DNA of 64,000 nt from Bacillota bacterium (GCA_023459675.1 JAEWTC010000088.1:1157-65156); one strand, 5' to 3'; counted from the stretch's first letter, positions 36,292-47,238 are shown. The notes: generated from the letters alone by a model not told the origin. Made by a program: numbers and translations.

Positions 36292-37375
36292 CCTGCTGAT
36301 CAACTATTCCTGTGAACTGAAACCCGGCCAGAACATTCTGATTGAGATTTTCGGCAGCCAACCCGAGGTTGCCATGGGGCTGATCGACGCGGCCTATGCC
36401 GCCGGAGGCGTTCCGTTTGTGCGGCTGCGCGAGCCGCAGGTGATGCGCAAGCTCATGCAGGGCGCAACCTCCGCCCAGTACGCGGTGGAAGCCAAAAACG
36501 ACGCGGACCTCATGAAGCAGATGCAGGCCTACATCGGCCTGCGCTCCTATGAAAACGCCTACGAGCTTTCCGGGGTAGCCCCGGAACAGATGGCGCTGTA
36601 TACCCGGGAGTATTCCGGCGCCGTGCACGGCAAGATCCGCATTCCCGAAACGCGCTGGTGCGTGCTGCGCTACCCGACCCCCGCCATGGCGCAGAGCGCG
36701 CACATGAGCACCGAAGCGTTTGAGGATTACTATTACAGCGTTTGCACCATGGATTATCAGAAGCTCGGCAAGGCCATGGAAGCGCTGAAGGCGCGCATGG
36801 AGCGCACGGACAAGGTGCACATCACGGGCCCGGATACCGATCTCACCTTCTCCATCCGGGGGATACCGGCCATCATCTGCGACGGAAAGCTGAACATCCC
36901 CGACGGCGAGGTGTATACCGCGCCGGTGAAGGATTCGATAAACGGCACCCTGCGCTACAACACGGAAAGCCTGTACCAGGGCAAGGTGTATTCCGATATC
37001 CGCTTCACATTTGAAAACGGCAAGATCGTAAAGGCCACCTGCAGCGATACCGCGGGGCTCAATCATGTGCTGGATACCGACGAAGGCGCGCGCTACATCG
37101 GCGAGTTTGCGCTGGGGGTGAACCCGTTCGTCACCACCCCCATACAGGATACGCTGTTTGACGAGAAAATCGCGGGCTCGTTCCATTTCACCCCTGGCAC
37201 CTGCTACGACGACGCCTCCAACGGCAACCATTCCAGCGTTCACTGGGATATCGTCAACATCCAGCGGCCCGAGTACGGTGGCGGCAGCATCTATTTCGAC
37301 GGCGAACTGATCCGCAAGGACGGCCTGTTCGTACCGGCGGACCTGCTGCCCCTGAACCCGGACGCGTTCCTATAA
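36260..37375 (+). CDS. M29-family aminopeptidase (AmpS/PepS-like)
   Basis: 371 aa. MQDPRLQKLCNLLINYSCELKPGQNILIE and HWDIV motifs are typical of aminopeptidase S/T. Overlaps the acyltransferase gene by 32 nt. Confidence 0.85.
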   Translation: MQDPRLQKLCNLLINYSCELKPGQNILIEIFGSQPEVAMGLIDAAYAAGGVPFVRLREPQVMRKLMQGATSAQYAVEAKNDADLMKQMQAYIGLRSYENAYELSGVAPEQMALYTREYSGAVHGKIRIPETRWCVLRYPTPAMAQSAHMSTEAFEDYYYSVCTMDYQKLGKAMEALKARMERTDKVHITGPDTDLTFSIRGIPAIICDGKLNIPDGEVYTAPVKDSINGTLRYNTESLYQGKVYSDIRFTFENGKIVKATCSDTAGLNHVLDTDEGARYIGEFALGVNPFVTTPIQDTLFDEKIAGSFHFTPGTCYDDASNGNHSSVHWDIVNIQRPEYGGGSIYFDGELIRKDGLFVPADLLPLNPDAFL

Positions 37376-37397
37376 ACTACGCAACACCCACGCGTAC

Positions 37398-37434
37398 GAA
37401 AACGGCTCTCCGGTTGGAGAGCCGTTTCTTTTTG
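37398..37434. terminator. Bidirectional terminator between the aminopeptidase gene and araA
   Basis: GAAAACGGCTCTCC-ggtt-GGAGAGCCGTTTC followed by TTTTTG; an A-run on the left serves the minus strand. Confidence 0.8.
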
Positions 37435-37447
37435 CATGAGCAAAACC

Positions 37448-38839
37448 TTAGCCGATGACCACGAGCTCCGTATCGGTGAACTTGGCGAACAGGGCGATAT
37501 CCTCCGCGGTGAGCGCGGTGGAAACCACGGTGTGATGGCCGCCGCCCGCTTCGATCCAGGCCTTCGCGCCTTCCTCGAAGTTGGGCTTGATCTTCCACAT
37601 GATCTGCCCCACGGGGAGCTTGGGCATGGGCTTGGGCTGCTTGATGAGTTCGATCTTCGCGCAGATCAGGCGGAAATGCGTGCCCATATCCGTCATGCAC
37701 ACGGCGACGCCGTCTCCCGTGACGCCGTCGAAGGTGAGGCGGGCCGGGTCGGCCTTGCCGCCGATGCCCAGCTTATGCACCTCGATGGCCGGCTTGGTAG
37801 CCGCAAACGAGGGGGAAACCTCCAGCATGTGCGCGCCCAGCACATAGCCGTCGGCCATGTCGTAGGTGTAGTCTTCCATGAAGCCGGTCGCGCCTTTGCG
37901 GCCCTCGGCCATTTTCCACAGCACCGCGCTGAGCGCGCTGGTTTTGTAATCGCCCTCGCCGCCGAAGCCGACGCCCTTGCCAAGCATCCGCTGGGTGGCG
38001 AGGCCGGGCAGCTGCTCCATGCCGTAGAGATCTTCAAAGGTATCGGTATACGCGCCTACGCCGTGCGCGGCTACGAACTGGTCCAGCGCAATTTCATAAC
38101 GAGCCTGCTCCTTGACGGCGTCCAGATTGGTGGTTTTGATCTCGTACGCCGCCTTGTATTCCGCCATCTTCTGCGCAAGCTGCGCGTCGGTTACGCCGTG
38201 TACGAGCTTCACCAGATCGCCGATGCCGTAGTAGTTCACTTCCCAGCCGAAGCGGATCTGGCTTTCCACGCGGTCGCCGTCGGTCACGGCCACCTGGCGC
38301 ATGTTGGAGCCGAACATTGCCACCTTGAGCTTGCGGGAGAAATCCAGCGCCTTGGCGACTTCGGCAAACTGCCTGAGCTGCGCGACGACTGCCGGGTTTT
38401 GGTAATACCCGACCACGATCTGCCGTTTCACACCCAGCCGGGTGCAGATGAAGCCGTACTCGCGGTCGCCGTGGGCGGACTGGTTGAGGTTCATGAAATC
38501 CATGTCGATGCTGTCGTAAGGCAGGCGCTCGTTTGCCTGCGTGTGCAGATGGCAAAGCGGCTTGCGTAAAATCTGCAGGCCTTTGATCCACATTTTCGCG
38601 GGAGAAAACGTATGCATCCAGGTGATTACGCCCACGCAGTCCGCATCGGCGGAGGCTTCCTGCATCACGGCGACGCAGCCTTCCGAATTGAGGACGGTCG
38701 GTTTCCACACCACCTCGGCGACGGCGGAAAGCTTGCCGTTGAGGAAGCTGACCATTTCCTTGCTGTCCAGCGCCACCTGTTTTAACGTTTCCTCGCCGTA
38801 GAGATCCTGACTGCCGGTGATAAAGTAGAGCTTTTTCAT
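37448..38839 (-). CDS. araA: L-arabinose isomerase
   Basis: 463 aa. N-terminus [19 protein letters not shown] is typical of AraA. Start overlaps the araD stop (ATGA). Confidence 0.9.
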   Translation of the reverse strand: MKKLYFITGSQDLYGEETLKQVALDSKEMVSFLNGKLSAVAEVVWKPTVLNSEGCVAVMQEASADADCVGVITWMHTFSPAKMWIKGLQILRKPLCHLHTQANERLPYDSIDMDFMNLNQSAHGDREYGFICTRLGVKRQIVVGYYQNPAVVAQLRQFAEVAKALDFSRKLKVAMFGSNMRQVAVTDGDRVESQIRFGWEVNYYGIGDLVKLVHGVTDAQLAQKMAEYKAAYEIKTTNLDAVKEQARYEIALDQFVAAHGVGAYTDTFEDLYGMEQLPGLATQRMLGKGVGFGGEGDYKTSALSAVLWKMAEGRKGATGFMEDYTYDMADGYVLGAHMLEVSPSFAATKPAIEVHKLGIGGKADPARLTFDGVTGDGVAVCMTDMGTHFRLICAKIELIKQPKPMPKLPVGQIMWKIKPNFEEGAKAWIEAGGGHHTVVSTALTAEDIALFAKFTDTELVVIG

Positions 38840-39537
38840 TTGTGTTCTCCTCCTTGGCCGTAATAGGCGTCTTTACCGTGTTTACGGAAATAATGTTTGT
38901 CCAGCAGGTATTGGTCGGCTTTACCGACGCCGGGTTGGATGGTTTCGGTGAGCAGGGAGAGCTTGGCCACCTGCTCCAGCACCGCGGCGTGGTACACGGC
39001 CTCGTCCGCGTCCTTGCCCCAGGCGAAGGGGCCGTGGTTTTTCACCAGGATGGCCGGAATTTCCATCGGGTCTTTGCCTTGCAGGGTTTCCAAAATCACC
39101 GTGCCGGTGTTTTTCTCATATGCGGCCGTGATCTCTTCCTGTGTTAAAGCCCTTGCGCAGGGCACGTCCCCGTGAAAGTAATCCGCGTGCGTGGTGCCGT
39201 AGGCCGGAACCGCGCGCCCCGCCTGCGCAAACGCGGTCGCGTAGGTGGAATGGGTGTGCACCACGCCGCCGATCTGCGGAAACGCCTTATACAGCTCCAC
39301 GTGCGTGGGCGTGTCCGAGGAGGGTTTCCAGGGGCCGTCCACCACGTTGCCGTCCAGATCGACAACCGCCATATCGTCCTCGGTCATGCCTTCATAGGCA
39401 AGGCCGCTGGGCTTGATGACGATGAGCCCCTTTTCGCGGCAGATGGCGCTGACGTTGCCCCAGGTAAACAGCACCAGCCCATGTTTCACAAGGTCTAAAT
39501 TGGCTTGCAGAACCTGTTTTTTCAGCTGTTTGAGCAT
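38836..39537 (-). CDS. araD: L-ribulose-5-phosphate 4-epimerase
   Basis: 233 aa, class II aldolase/adducin fold ([19 protein letters not shown]). Confidence 0.9.
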   Translation of the reverse strand: MLKQLKKQVLQANLDLVKHGLVLFTWGNVSAICREKGLIVIKPSGLAYEGMTEDDMAVVDLDGNVVDGPWKPSSDTPTHVELYKAFPQIGGVVHTHSTYATAFAQAGRAVPAYGTTHADYFHGDVPCARALTQEEITAAYEKNTGTVILETLQGKDPMEIPAILVKNHGPFAWGKDADEAVYHAAVLEQVAKLSLLTETIQPGVGKADQYLLDKHYFRKHGKDAYYGQGGEHK

Positions 39538-39538
39538 A

Positions 39539-41086
39539 TCAGCCCTCCACCGCCGCGCGCTCTACGCGCAGCGTTTTTTCGAATTCCCGCAGATAGGCGG
39601 TAAACCCGCGCACCCCTTCCGCGTCCGGCTGCAGGGTGGTGCGAACCGCGTCCGCAAATACCCGGTTTTCCAGATAATGCTCCAGGGTTTCGCCGCCGCT
39701 GCGGTTCACGCGGTAAGCCGCCAGCAGCGCCATGCCGTAGGCCCCGCCTTCGCCCGCGGTTTCCATGACCGATACGGGCGCGTTCATGGCGTTGGCCAGC
39801 GTCTGCTGCCCTACCTTGGGCGCCTTGAAGAACCCGCCGTGCCCGGTGAGGCAATCGATCGCCACGCGCTCGTTATGCAAAATCCGCATACCGATCGCCA
39901 GCGACGCGACCGCCGAATACATCTGCGCGCGCATGAAATTGGGGAGCGTAAACTTGCTGTCCGCATGGCGCAGCACCAGCGGGCAGCCCTTTTCAAAGCC
40001 CGTGATGTGCTCGCCGGACAGGTAGTTGACCACCACCATGCCGCCGCAATCCAGATCGCCCTCCAGGCTCAGCTCGTACATTTTGTCGTAGATTTTCTTG
40101 ATGGAGATCTCCACGCCCATGGCGGAGAGGAACGCGTGGTAGGTGTCCGCCCAGGCGTTGATATCGGAGGTGCAGTTGGCGCAATGCACCATAGCCACGG
40201 GCTTGCCCGACGGGGTCGCCACGATGTCGATCTCCGGATAGGGCTTGGACAGGGGCTTTTCCAGCACGATCATCGAAAAGATGGACGTGCCTGCCGATAC
40301 GTTACCCGTACGCGCGGCCACGCTGTTGGTCGCCACCATGCCGGTGCCCGCGTCGCCCTCCGGCGGCGCAACGGGGATGCCCGCCGCAAGCCTGCCGCTG
40401 GGATCCAGAAGCCTTGCGCCCTCCGGGGTCAGCGTGCCGGCGTCCTCCCCCGCCATACGCACCTGCGGAAGCAGGTTGATCACCTTCCAGGGCAGATGAT
40501 AGGGTTCCACCAGCGCGTCAAACTGCGCGATGCGGCGCAGATCGTAGCGGTTTCCGTCCAGCGGGAACATGCCGCTGGCCTCGCCCACGCCGATGACGAA
40601 CTCCCCGGTGAGCTTGTGGTGGATGTAGCCCTCTAGCGTGTTGATGTGATGGATGTCGCAAACGTGGGGCTCGCCCTGTTTTACGGCATGGTAGAGGTGC
40701 GCGACGCTCCAGCGCTGCGGAATGTTGCAGCCGAAAAGGCGCGTGAGTTCCTCGCTCGCCTGCCCGGTGATCACGTTGCGCCAGGTGCGAAACGGCACCA
40801 AAAGCTTACCGTCCTTGTTAAAGGGCAGGTAACCGTGCATCATGGCGGAAATGCCGAGGCTGCCGATGCGCACAGGCTCCTTTAAGCCGTCCAGCAGCTC
40901 TTTGACGGCGGCGCGCAGGCCGTTCCACGCTTCATCCAGCGGATAGGTCCAAATGCCGTTTTCAAAGCGGTTCTCCCAGGTAAAACTGCCCTGCCCCACC
41001 ACGCGGTGCCGCTCGTCGATCAGCACCGCCTTAATGCGCGTGGAGCCCAGCTCTATTCCCAAATAGGTGTTGCCCGTGCTCATCAT
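39539..41086 (-). CDS. araB: FGGY-family carbohydrate kinase, probable L-ribulokinase
   Basis: 515 aa. N-terminal FGGY motif [15 protein letters not shown]. First gene of the araB-araD-araA cluster. Substrate inferred from context. Confidence 0.75.
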   Translation of the reverse strand: MMSTGNTYLGIELGSTRIKAVLIDERHRVVGQGSFTWENRFENGIWTYPLDEAWNGLRAAVKELLDGLKEPVRIGSLGISAMMHGYLPFNKDGKLLVPFRTWRNVITGQASEELTRLFGCNIPQRWSVAHLYHAVKQGEPHVCDIHHINTLEGYIHHKLTGEFVIGVGEASGMFPLDGNRYDLRRIAQFDALVEPYHLPWKVINLLPQVRMAGEDAGTLTPEGARLLDPSGRLAAGIPVAPPEGDAGTGMVATNSVAARTGNVSAGTSIFSMIVLEKPLSKPYPEIDIVATPSGKPVAMVHCANCTSDINAWADTYHAFLSAMGVEISIKKIYDKMYELSLEGDLDCGGMVVVNYLSGEHITGFEKGCPLVLRHADSKFTLPNFMRAQMYSAVASLAIGMRILHNERVAIDCLTGHGGFFKAPKVGQQTLANAMNAPVSVMETAGEGGAYGMALLAAYRVNRSGGETLEHYLENRVFADAVRTTLQPDAEGVRGFTAYLREFEKTLRVERAAVEG

Positions 41087-41112
41087 GTGTTCCTTCTCCC
41101 TTGCTCAGTTCA

Positions 41113-41140
41113 ACTTGTCCGTACATCTTTTGCTATTATA
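41113..41140 (-). promoter_or_regulatory. araBDA promoter -10 with overlapping AraR-type operator
   Basis: Minus strand reads TATAAT (41140-41135) then AGC AAAAG ATGTACGGACAAGT (41126-41113). The core TGTACGGACAA resembles the AraR palindrome centred on GTACGTAC. Confidence 0.5.
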
Positions 41141-41170
41141 CGCCGATCGCCTTGGGAAAGCAATTCCGGG

Positions 41171-42196
41171 TTACGCCGGATTTCTCCACGGAAGCACCTC
41201 GCTTTTGCAGGGCTCGCCACGCAGAATGGCAAGCATTTTCCGGCCCGCGGCGCTGCCGATATCCGCCATCGGGCTCAGCAGGGAGTACACGGGAACCGGG
41301 CTTAACGACGCATAGGTGGAATGATCGAAGCTCGCGATCTGCAACGGCTTGATCTGCCCCGCCTGAATGGCCTTGGCAATCTGGAGCGCCGCCTCGTCAT
41401 TATAGCAGAGAACGCCGTCGCACGGCGCGAATTTCGGCATCGCCGCGGCGAGGATTTCCGCGCGGTTCTCCGTCGTGTACCAAAACACAAGCTCGTCGCG
41501 GAGGGGAAGCCCCGCGGCAAGCACCGCGGCGGCATAGCCCGCGTAACGGCGGTGGCCCTGAATGTCGTCGCTTTTAAACACGCCCGCAACCGTACGGCAG
41601 CCTTTATCCATCAGATACCGGCAAGCCGCATGGCCGCCGGCCCGGTCGTCCGAAACCACGGAGACCACCCGCTGCAGTTCCGGATAATAGCCGTTGATGA
41701 ACACCAGCGGGATGCCCTGGCTTTGCAATTTTTCGTACAGGTCGATGTTGGGGTTGGGAAGCGCGGTTTTCGTGCCTTCCACAATAATCCCGTCGATCGG
41801 TTTTTCCAGCAGCTCGGTGAGGATCTTCCGTTCGCTCTCCACGCGGTTATGCGTGGCGTAGAGCATGGAAACGTAGCCGCTTTCGGATAGCGCGCGCTCG
41901 ATGCCCTTGAGGATTTCCGGAAAGATATATTCGCCGATATAGGTGGTGACCACCGCGATATTATGCGTCGTATGCCGCGCGGCGCTGTCGCGCAGGTAGG
42001 TGCCGCTGCCGCGCACCCGGTAGACCAGGTTCTCGCGTTCCAGCAGGCTGATGGCCTGACGCACCGTATAGCGACTGTACCCGGTGAGTTTGATCAGCTC
42101 GTAATCGCTGGGCAGGCGTTCGCCCGCCGCATAAACGCCGGAGCGGATATCTCTGCCGAGCTTTTCGGCGACGACCGCGTATTTCGATTGTTTCAT
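41171..42196 (-). CDS. araR: Arabinose-responsive repressor AraR (GntR-type HTH + LacI/PBP-type sugar-binding domain)
   Basis: N-terminal GntR wHTH (GERLPSDYELIKLTGYSRYTVRQAISLLERENLVYRVRGSGTYL) fused to a periplasmic-binding-protein-like domain. Adjacent to araBDA. Confidence 0.85.
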   Translation of the reverse strand: MKQSKYAVVAEKLGRDIRSGVYAAGERLPSDYELIKLTGYSRYTVRQAISLLERENLVYRVRGSGTYLRDSAARHTTHNIAVVTTYIGEYIFPEILKGIERALSESGYVSMLYATHNRVESERKILTELLEKPIDGIIVEGTKTALPNPNIDLYEKLQSQGIPLVFINGYYPELQRVVSVVSDDRAGGHAACRYLMDKGCRTVAGVFKSDDIQGHRRYAGYAAAVLAAGLPLRDELVFWYTTENRAEILAAAMPKFAPCDGVLCYNDEAALQIAKAIQAGQIKPLQIASFDHSTYASLSPVPVYSLLSPMADIGSAAGRKMLAILRGEPCKSEVLPWRNPA

Positions 42197-42277
42197 CCGC
42201 CGCTCCCTGGCAATGCAGCCGGTCTGCCCGCAGCGGCCGCTTTCCGCAGCCCGCTGCCCGCGCCCGGCGACCGCCTG

Positions 42278-43450
42278 TTATTTGCAGGCGTACCGGTAGA
42301 CTTCGGCGATGTCCGCGCGGGTGAGGGGGTGGAACGAACCCAAGCGGTCGCCATTGTTCAAAAGCACCTTGGCGGCAAGCTTTTCGATATCCTCTTCCTT
42401 TGCGCCCAACTCCGCAAACGACGTCGGCATGCCGATTTCGCGGTAGAAAGCCTCCAGCCTATCGATGCCTTCTGAGGCCGTACGCTCCGGCTGCTCGAAG
42501 TCCATCTCCACGCCGAACACGCGCTGCGCGAACTGCGCGACGCGCATGACGTTGTAGGGGTACTGGTAGCGCAGGTAGGCCGGGAAAATCACCGCAAGGC
42601 CTGCGCCGTGCGCCACGTCGTACAGGCCGCTGAGCTCGTGCTCGATCATATGCGTGGCCCAGTCCTGCTGGCGGCCCACGCCCAGCACATCGTTATGGGC
42701 GACGACCCCCGCCCACATGAGGTTGGCGCGTGCGTCGTAATCCCGCGGGTTATGCAGCGCGATCCGCGCGTATTTCATCACGCTTAGGAGCACTGCTTCG
42801 CACATATGGTCGGTCAAACCTACGCCCGTGGTGTTGGTGAAATAGCGCTCCATAACGTGCGCCATCATATCCACCGCGCCGCAGGCCGTTTGGAACGGCG
42901 GCAGGGTGTAGGTCAACTCCGGGTTCAAAATGGAGAATTTCGGGCGCAGCAGATCGCTGTCGCAAAAGCGCTTGAGGGCGCTTTCTTCCTTGGTGATCAC
43001 CGTGGAGTTGGAGCCTTCGCTGCCCGCCGCGGGCAACGTGAGCACCACGCCCAGCGGCAGCACCTGCGTTACGGTTTTCCCGCCGGTATAGAAATCCCAG
43101 AAATCGCCCGCGTAGGGCACGCCCAGCGCGATGGCCTTGGCGGAATCAATCACGCTGCCGCCGCCCACGGCGAGAACAACGTCCACGTTTTCCCTGCGGC
43201 ACAGCGCGATGCCTTCGTACACCAGCGTATCCCGTGGGTTTGGCTGCACGCCGCCCAGCTCCACACAGGCGACGCCCGCCTGCTCAAGCGATTGGCGGAT
43301 CTGGTCCAGCAGGCCGCTCTTGACCACCGAGCCGCCGCCGTAATGCAGCAGCGCTTTCGTACCGTACCTGCGGCAAAACGCCCCGGCCTTATGCTGCGTT
43401 TCCTTGCCGAACGCGAACTGCGTTGGGCTGATGAACGAAAAATCAAGCAC
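42278..43450 (-). CDS. Iron-containing (group III) alcohol dehydrogenase, butanol-DH/YqhD-like
   Basis: GTG 43450 with GGGAGGG 7 nt upstream. GGGSVIDSAKAIA NAD(P)-binding motif and His-rich metal site (HMIEHELSGLYDVAHGAG). Confidence 0.85.
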   Translation of the reverse strand: MLDFSFISPTQFAFGKETQHKAGAFCRRYGTKALLHYGGGSVVKSGLLDQIRQSLEQAGVACVELGGVQPNPRDTLVYEGIALCRRENVDVVLAVGGGSVIDSAKAIALGVPYAGDFWDFYTGGKTVTQVLPLGVVLTLPAAGSEGSNSTVITKEESALKRFCDSDLLRPKFSILNPELTYTLPPFQTACGAVDMMAHVMERYFTNTTGVGLTDHMCEAVLLSVMKYARIALHNPRDYDARANLMWAGVVAHNDVLGVGRQQDWATHMIEHELSGLYDVAHGAGLAVIFPAYLRYQYPYNVMRVAQFAQRVFGVEMDFEQPERTASEGIDRLEAFYREIGMPTSFAELGAKEEDIEKLAAKVLLNNGDRLGSFHPLTRADIAEVYRYACK

Positions 43451-43493
43451 TGAATGACCCTCCCGTATGTCGATGGACGATATCTACCCCGCC

Positions 43494-43502
43494 ATTATAC
43501 CA
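43494..43502 (-). promoter_or_regulatory. Extended -10 promoter element of the alcohol dehydrogenase gene
   Basis: Minus strand TGgTATAAT, ~40 nt upstream of GTG 43450. No clear -35. Confidence 0.45.
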
Positions 43503-43506
43503 CAGG

Positions 43507-44556
43507 TCAGCCTTTTCTTGCGTCCTTCACCTTGGTGAAGATGGCCTGCAGCACGATGAAGAAGCAAAGCAAAATCGCCATGAGAACGTTGGACCACGAG
43601 GACATGAGCTTACCCTGGGTTTTCACCAGGCTTGAGATGGTGCCGTTGATCAGCACGCCGAAGAACGAGCCGATCACGTTGCCCACGCCGCCGGTCAGCA
43701 GCGTGCCGCCGATGACCGAGGAGGAAATCGCGTCCATCTCCAGCCCCGACGCCTGCATCGGCGTGCCGCACATGGAGTTGAGGCAATAACAGATGCTGCC
43801 GATGGAGGTGAGGAAGCTGCACAGCATATAGGCGCGCATTCTGGTTTTCTTCACGTTCAGGCCCATCAGCTGCGCGGACTGCTGGTTGCCGCCCACGGCG
43901 TACAGGCTGCGGCCGAAGCGCGTGTAGCGCAGCACAATGTAGGTGATGATCACGACGGCGAGCGCCACCAGCACCGTGACGCGGATATAGGGCACCAGCA
44001 GCACGCCGCGCTTGTTGGTATACGAGCCAAGCCCGAAAGGCATATTGATGCGGAGGTTGGCAAGCGTGACGAAAAACTGGTCGGACACGATGCTTACCTG
44101 CTGCGTGGAGAGGACGGCCGTCATGCCGCGGCCGAAGAACATCCCGGCCATGGTAACGATAAACGGCTGAATGCCCAGATAGCCTACGCAGTACCCAAGC
44201 CCAAGGCCGAACACCAGCCCGATGCCGATGACCATAACCATCAGCGTGGGCGAGGACCAGCCCCAGTACTCCATGCCGACGGCCATGAACATGCAGTTCA
44301 TCGCCACTAGGCCGCTGACGGAGATATCGATGCCGCCGGTGAGCATCACGGCGGTCATGCCGCAGACGATGCAGATCAGCCCCGCGTTGGAAATGAGGAT
44401 GTTCAGGAAGGTTTGCAGGTTGGAAAAGCCCTTGTAGCCGTATACGATGCAGCCGGCCGCGTACATGGCAACGAACAGCCCGATGGTGATGAGCAGCAGC
44501 AGATTGTTGCTGGTGAGCTTGCGGCGCGCGCGGCTTTGGGAAAGCGCGGGTCTCAT
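43507..44556 (-). CDS. Sugar ABC transporter permease (YjfF-like)
   Basis: ATG 44556 overlaps the upstream stop (ATGA); track ORF 43507..44904 is an extension. Polytopic, BPD_transp_2-type. Confidence 0.85.
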   Translation of the reverse strand: MRPALSQSRARRKLTSNNLLLLITIGLFVAMYAAGCIVYGYKGFSNLQTFLNILISNAGLICIVCGMTAVMLTGGIDISVSGLVAMNCMFMAVGMEYWGWSSPTLMVMVIGIGLVFGLGLGYCVGYLGIQPFIVTMAGMFFGRGMTAVLSTQQVSIVSDQFFVTLANLRINMPFGLGSYTNKRGVLLVPYIRVTVLVALAVVIITYIVLRYTRFGRSLYAVGGNQQSAQLMGLNVKKTRMRAYMLCSFLTSIGSICYCLNSMCGTPMQASGLEMDAISSSVIGGTLLTGGVGNVIGSFFGVLINGTISSLVKTQGKLMSSWSNVLMAILLCFFIVLQAIFTKVKDARKG

Positions 44557-45638
44557 AGGCTGACCGCCCCCTTCCGGATCGCGGACGCGGCTTTTGCGGC
44601 GGCGCGTTTGGCGAAGAAGGCCTTCACCGCCGGAGACTGAATGGTGACGATCAAAATTACGATCACGGCTTTGTACAGCGGCGCCTGCGCGGAGCTGACG
44701 CCCAGCGCGTACAGCGTGGTGGTGATTGCCTGAATGGTATACGCGCCGATGATGGAGCCCGGCATGCGGAACTTGCCTCCGCCCAGGCTGTTGCCGCCCA
44801 GCGCGACCGCGAGGATGGCATCCAGCTCCAGATACAGGCCGATGTTGTTGGTATCCGCGGAGTAGATGCGGCTGGTGGCCTGAATGCCCGCGATGCCCGC
44901 GCACAGGCCGGAGATAGCGAAGGCCGTAAACATGATGCGTTTGGAACGGTATCCCGCGATCCGGGCGGCGTTTTTATTGATGCCCACGCTCTGGATATAC
45001 ATGCCCAGCGCCGTATAGCGCAGCACCAGCATGGCCACCGTGATGCAGATGACCGTGGTGATGATCGGGGTGGGGAAAATCCACAGATAGCCGCCGAAGA
45101 ACTGGAACGAGGGCTCCCGGATATAGACAATGGTGTTGTTGCACAACAGAAGCCCGATCGCGCGGCCCGCCGAGAACAGGATCAGCGTGGCGACCATCGG
45201 CTGGATGTTTAAATACGAGGCGAGGAAACCGTTGAACATGCCGCACAGCACCGCGATGGCGATACCCGCGAGAACGCCCACCACCAGCGGCACGGCGTAG
45301 CTGGATACGTTGGCGTTGCCAAACCCGGCCAAAAGCATGCAGCACATGCCGCCTGCAAGGCTCATGACCGAGCCCACGGAGATATCCGCGCCTGCGGAGG
45401 CCGAGATGACGAACGTCATGCCGATGGCTAAAATCGCCGCCTCGCTGCCGCGGTTGAGGATATCGATGATGCGGCCGTAGAGCACGCCGTTTTTGATGGT
45501 GATCGTGAAGAAGCTAAACGCCGCGCTGCCGTTGACGACGTCGAAGATGATGTTCACGGTCATCACCAGCAGCATGCTGAAGATGGGCAGGAACAGGTAC
45601 ATCTTCGTAATTTTACGGATCGTTTCCTTTACCCTCAT
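44553..45638 (-). CDS. Sugar ABC transporter permease (YtfT-like)
   Basis: 361-aa polytopic protein. Start overlaps the ATPase stop (ATGA). Confidence 0.85.
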   Translation of the reverse strand: MRVKETIRKITKMYLFLPIFSMLLVMTVNIIFDVVNGSAAFSFFTITIKNGVLYGRIIDILNRGSEAAILAIGMTFVISASAGADISVGSVMSLAGGMCCMLLAGFGNANVSSYAVPLVVGVLAGIAIAVLCGMFNGFLASYLNIQPMVATLILFSAGRAIGLLLCNNTIVYIREPSFQFFGGYLWIFPTPIITTVICITVAMLVLRYTALGMYIQSVGINKNAARIAGYRSKRIMFTAFAISGLCAGIAGIQATSRIYSADTNNIGLYLELDAILAVALGGNSLGGGKFRMPGSIIGAYTIQAITTTLYALGVSSAQAPLYKAVIVILIVTIQSPAVKAFFAKRAAAKAASAIRKGAVSL

Positions 45639-47149
45639 TGCGGTTCACCTCCGGCGATCGCCTGCATGACAATTTCCTGCGTCATCTCCCCGGACAGCTC
45701 CTTGACCTTTTCCCGGTCGCGCAGCACCGCAAGCCGGTTGCAGGTGCGCAGCATTTCCTCGATCTCGGAGGAGATGAAGAGAATGCCCTTGCCCTCTTCC
45801 CCAAGCTGGATGATCAGCTTTTGGATCTCGGTTTTGGTGCCGATGTCGATGCCGCGGGTCGGCTCGTCCAAAATCAGGAAATCCGGCTTGGTGGCCAGCC
45901 AGCGCGCGATGATGACCTTCTGCTGGTTGCCGCCGGACAGCTGCTTGACCAGCGTTTCGCGGCCCGGGGTTTTGATTTGCAATAGCTCGATGAAGTGATC
46001 GGCGATCTCGCACTGCTCCTTGTAGGGCATCAGCTTGATCATGCCCCGCCGCGCCTGAATGGCCAGGATGATGTTTTCCCGCACCGACAGGTCCTCGATG
46101 ATGCCCTCGGCCTTGCGGTCGTCGGGCAGCATCCCCATGCCCAGCTTCACCGCCACCAGCGGGTGCGAGATTTTAACCGCTTTGCGGTTAAAATGCAGCA
46201 TGCCGGTTTGGGATTTGTCCGCGCCGTAGATGGCGCGCGCAAGCTCGCTGCGGCCGGAGCCAAGCAGGCCGGTGAGGCCCACCACTTCCCCGCAGCCGAT
46301 TTTCAGATCAAAGGGCTTGATTTTACCGGCGTGGCTTAATCCCTGCGCGTCCACCAGCGCTTTTTCATATTTATTCTTGTCGTATTCCGGTTTGATCTGG
46401 GCCAGGTCCTCGATATCCTTGCCCATCATCGCGGCGATCAGCCGGATGCGGGGAAGCTCCGAAATGGTATATTCGCCGATCAGCTTGCCGTTGCGCAGCA
46501 CCGTAATGCGGTCGCAGACGGCGTATACCTGCTCCAGAAAGTGCGTAACGAAAATGATGCCGACGCCCCGGTCGCGAAGCTTGCCCATGAGCTCGAACAA
46601 CTTCTGCACTTCCTTTTCGTCCAGCGACGACGTGGGCTCGTCCAAGATCAGCACCTTACAGTCCATATCCACGGCGCGGGCGATGGCGATCATTTGCTGG
46701 AGGGCAAGGGAGTACTCCTCCAGATTCACTTCCACGTCCAGCGCCAGCCCGAAGGCCTGCATCAGCTTTTCAGCCCGCCTGTGCATGGTTTTACGGTCGA
46801 TGGTGTGGATTTTCGTCATGGGCTCGCGGCCGATGAAGAGGTTTTCCGCCACGCTCAGGTTAGGGCACAGGTTGATTTCCTGATACACCGTGGAAATGCC
46901 CTTCTCCTGCGCTTCCAGGGTGGAGCGGTTGCGGATGGGCTCGGCAAAGCCGCTGACGCGGATCTCGCCGCTGTCAAAATCATGCACGCCGGTTAAACAT
47001 TTGATCAGCGTGGATTTTCCGGCCCCGTTTTCGCCCATCAGGGCATGAATTTCCCCTTTACGCAGCGTGAAATCCACGTCCTCGAGGGCTTTGACGCCCG
47101 GAAACGACATGCAGATTCCCCGCATCGTCAGAACGACGTCGCTGTCCAT
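45635..47149 (-). CDS. Sugar ABC transporter ATP-binding protein (two NBDs, YtfR-like)
   Basis: ATG 47149 (MDSDVVLTMRGICMSFPGVKAL). Walker A GENGAGKST, LSGGNQQK signature in the second half. Confidence 0.9.
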   Translation of the reverse strand: MDSDVVLTMRGICMSFPGVKALEDVDFTLRKGEIHALMGENGAGKSTLIKCLTGVHDFDSGEIRVSGFAEPIRNRSTLEAQEKGISTVYQEINLCPNLSVAENLFIGREPMTKIHTIDRKTMHRRAEKLMQAFGLALDVEVNLEEYSLALQQMIAIARAVDMDCKVLILDEPTSSLDEKEVQKLFELMGKLRDRGVGIIFVTHFLEQVYAVCDRITVLRNGKLIGEYTISELPRIRLIAAMMGKDIEDLAQIKPEYDKNKYEKALVDAQGLSHAGKIKPFDLKIGCGEVVGLTGLLGSGRSELARAIYGADKSQTGMLHFNRKAVKISHPLVAVKLGMGMLPDDRKAEGIIEDLSVRENIILAIQARRGMIKLMPYKEQCEIADHFIELLQIKTPGRETLVKQLSGGNQQKVIIARWLATKPDFLILDEPTRGIDIGTKTEIQKLIIQLGEEGKGILFISSEIEEMLRTCNRLAVLRDREKVKELSGEMTQEIVMQAIAGGEPQ

Positions 47150-47175
47150 TGCCGTCCCTTCTTTCGTTTTCTGAT

Positions 47176-47203
47176 AGTATAGCATATTGCTTTGAGGAAG
47201 CAA
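47176..47203 (-). promoter_or_regulatory. Possible internal promoter ahead of the ATPase/permease genes
   Basis: Minus strand: TTGCTT (47203-47198), 16-nt spacer, TATACT (47181-47176). Confidence 0.35.
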
Positions 47204-47238
47204 AGGCGTCATGCCGCCGGAGGCTTCCATATAAGGAA

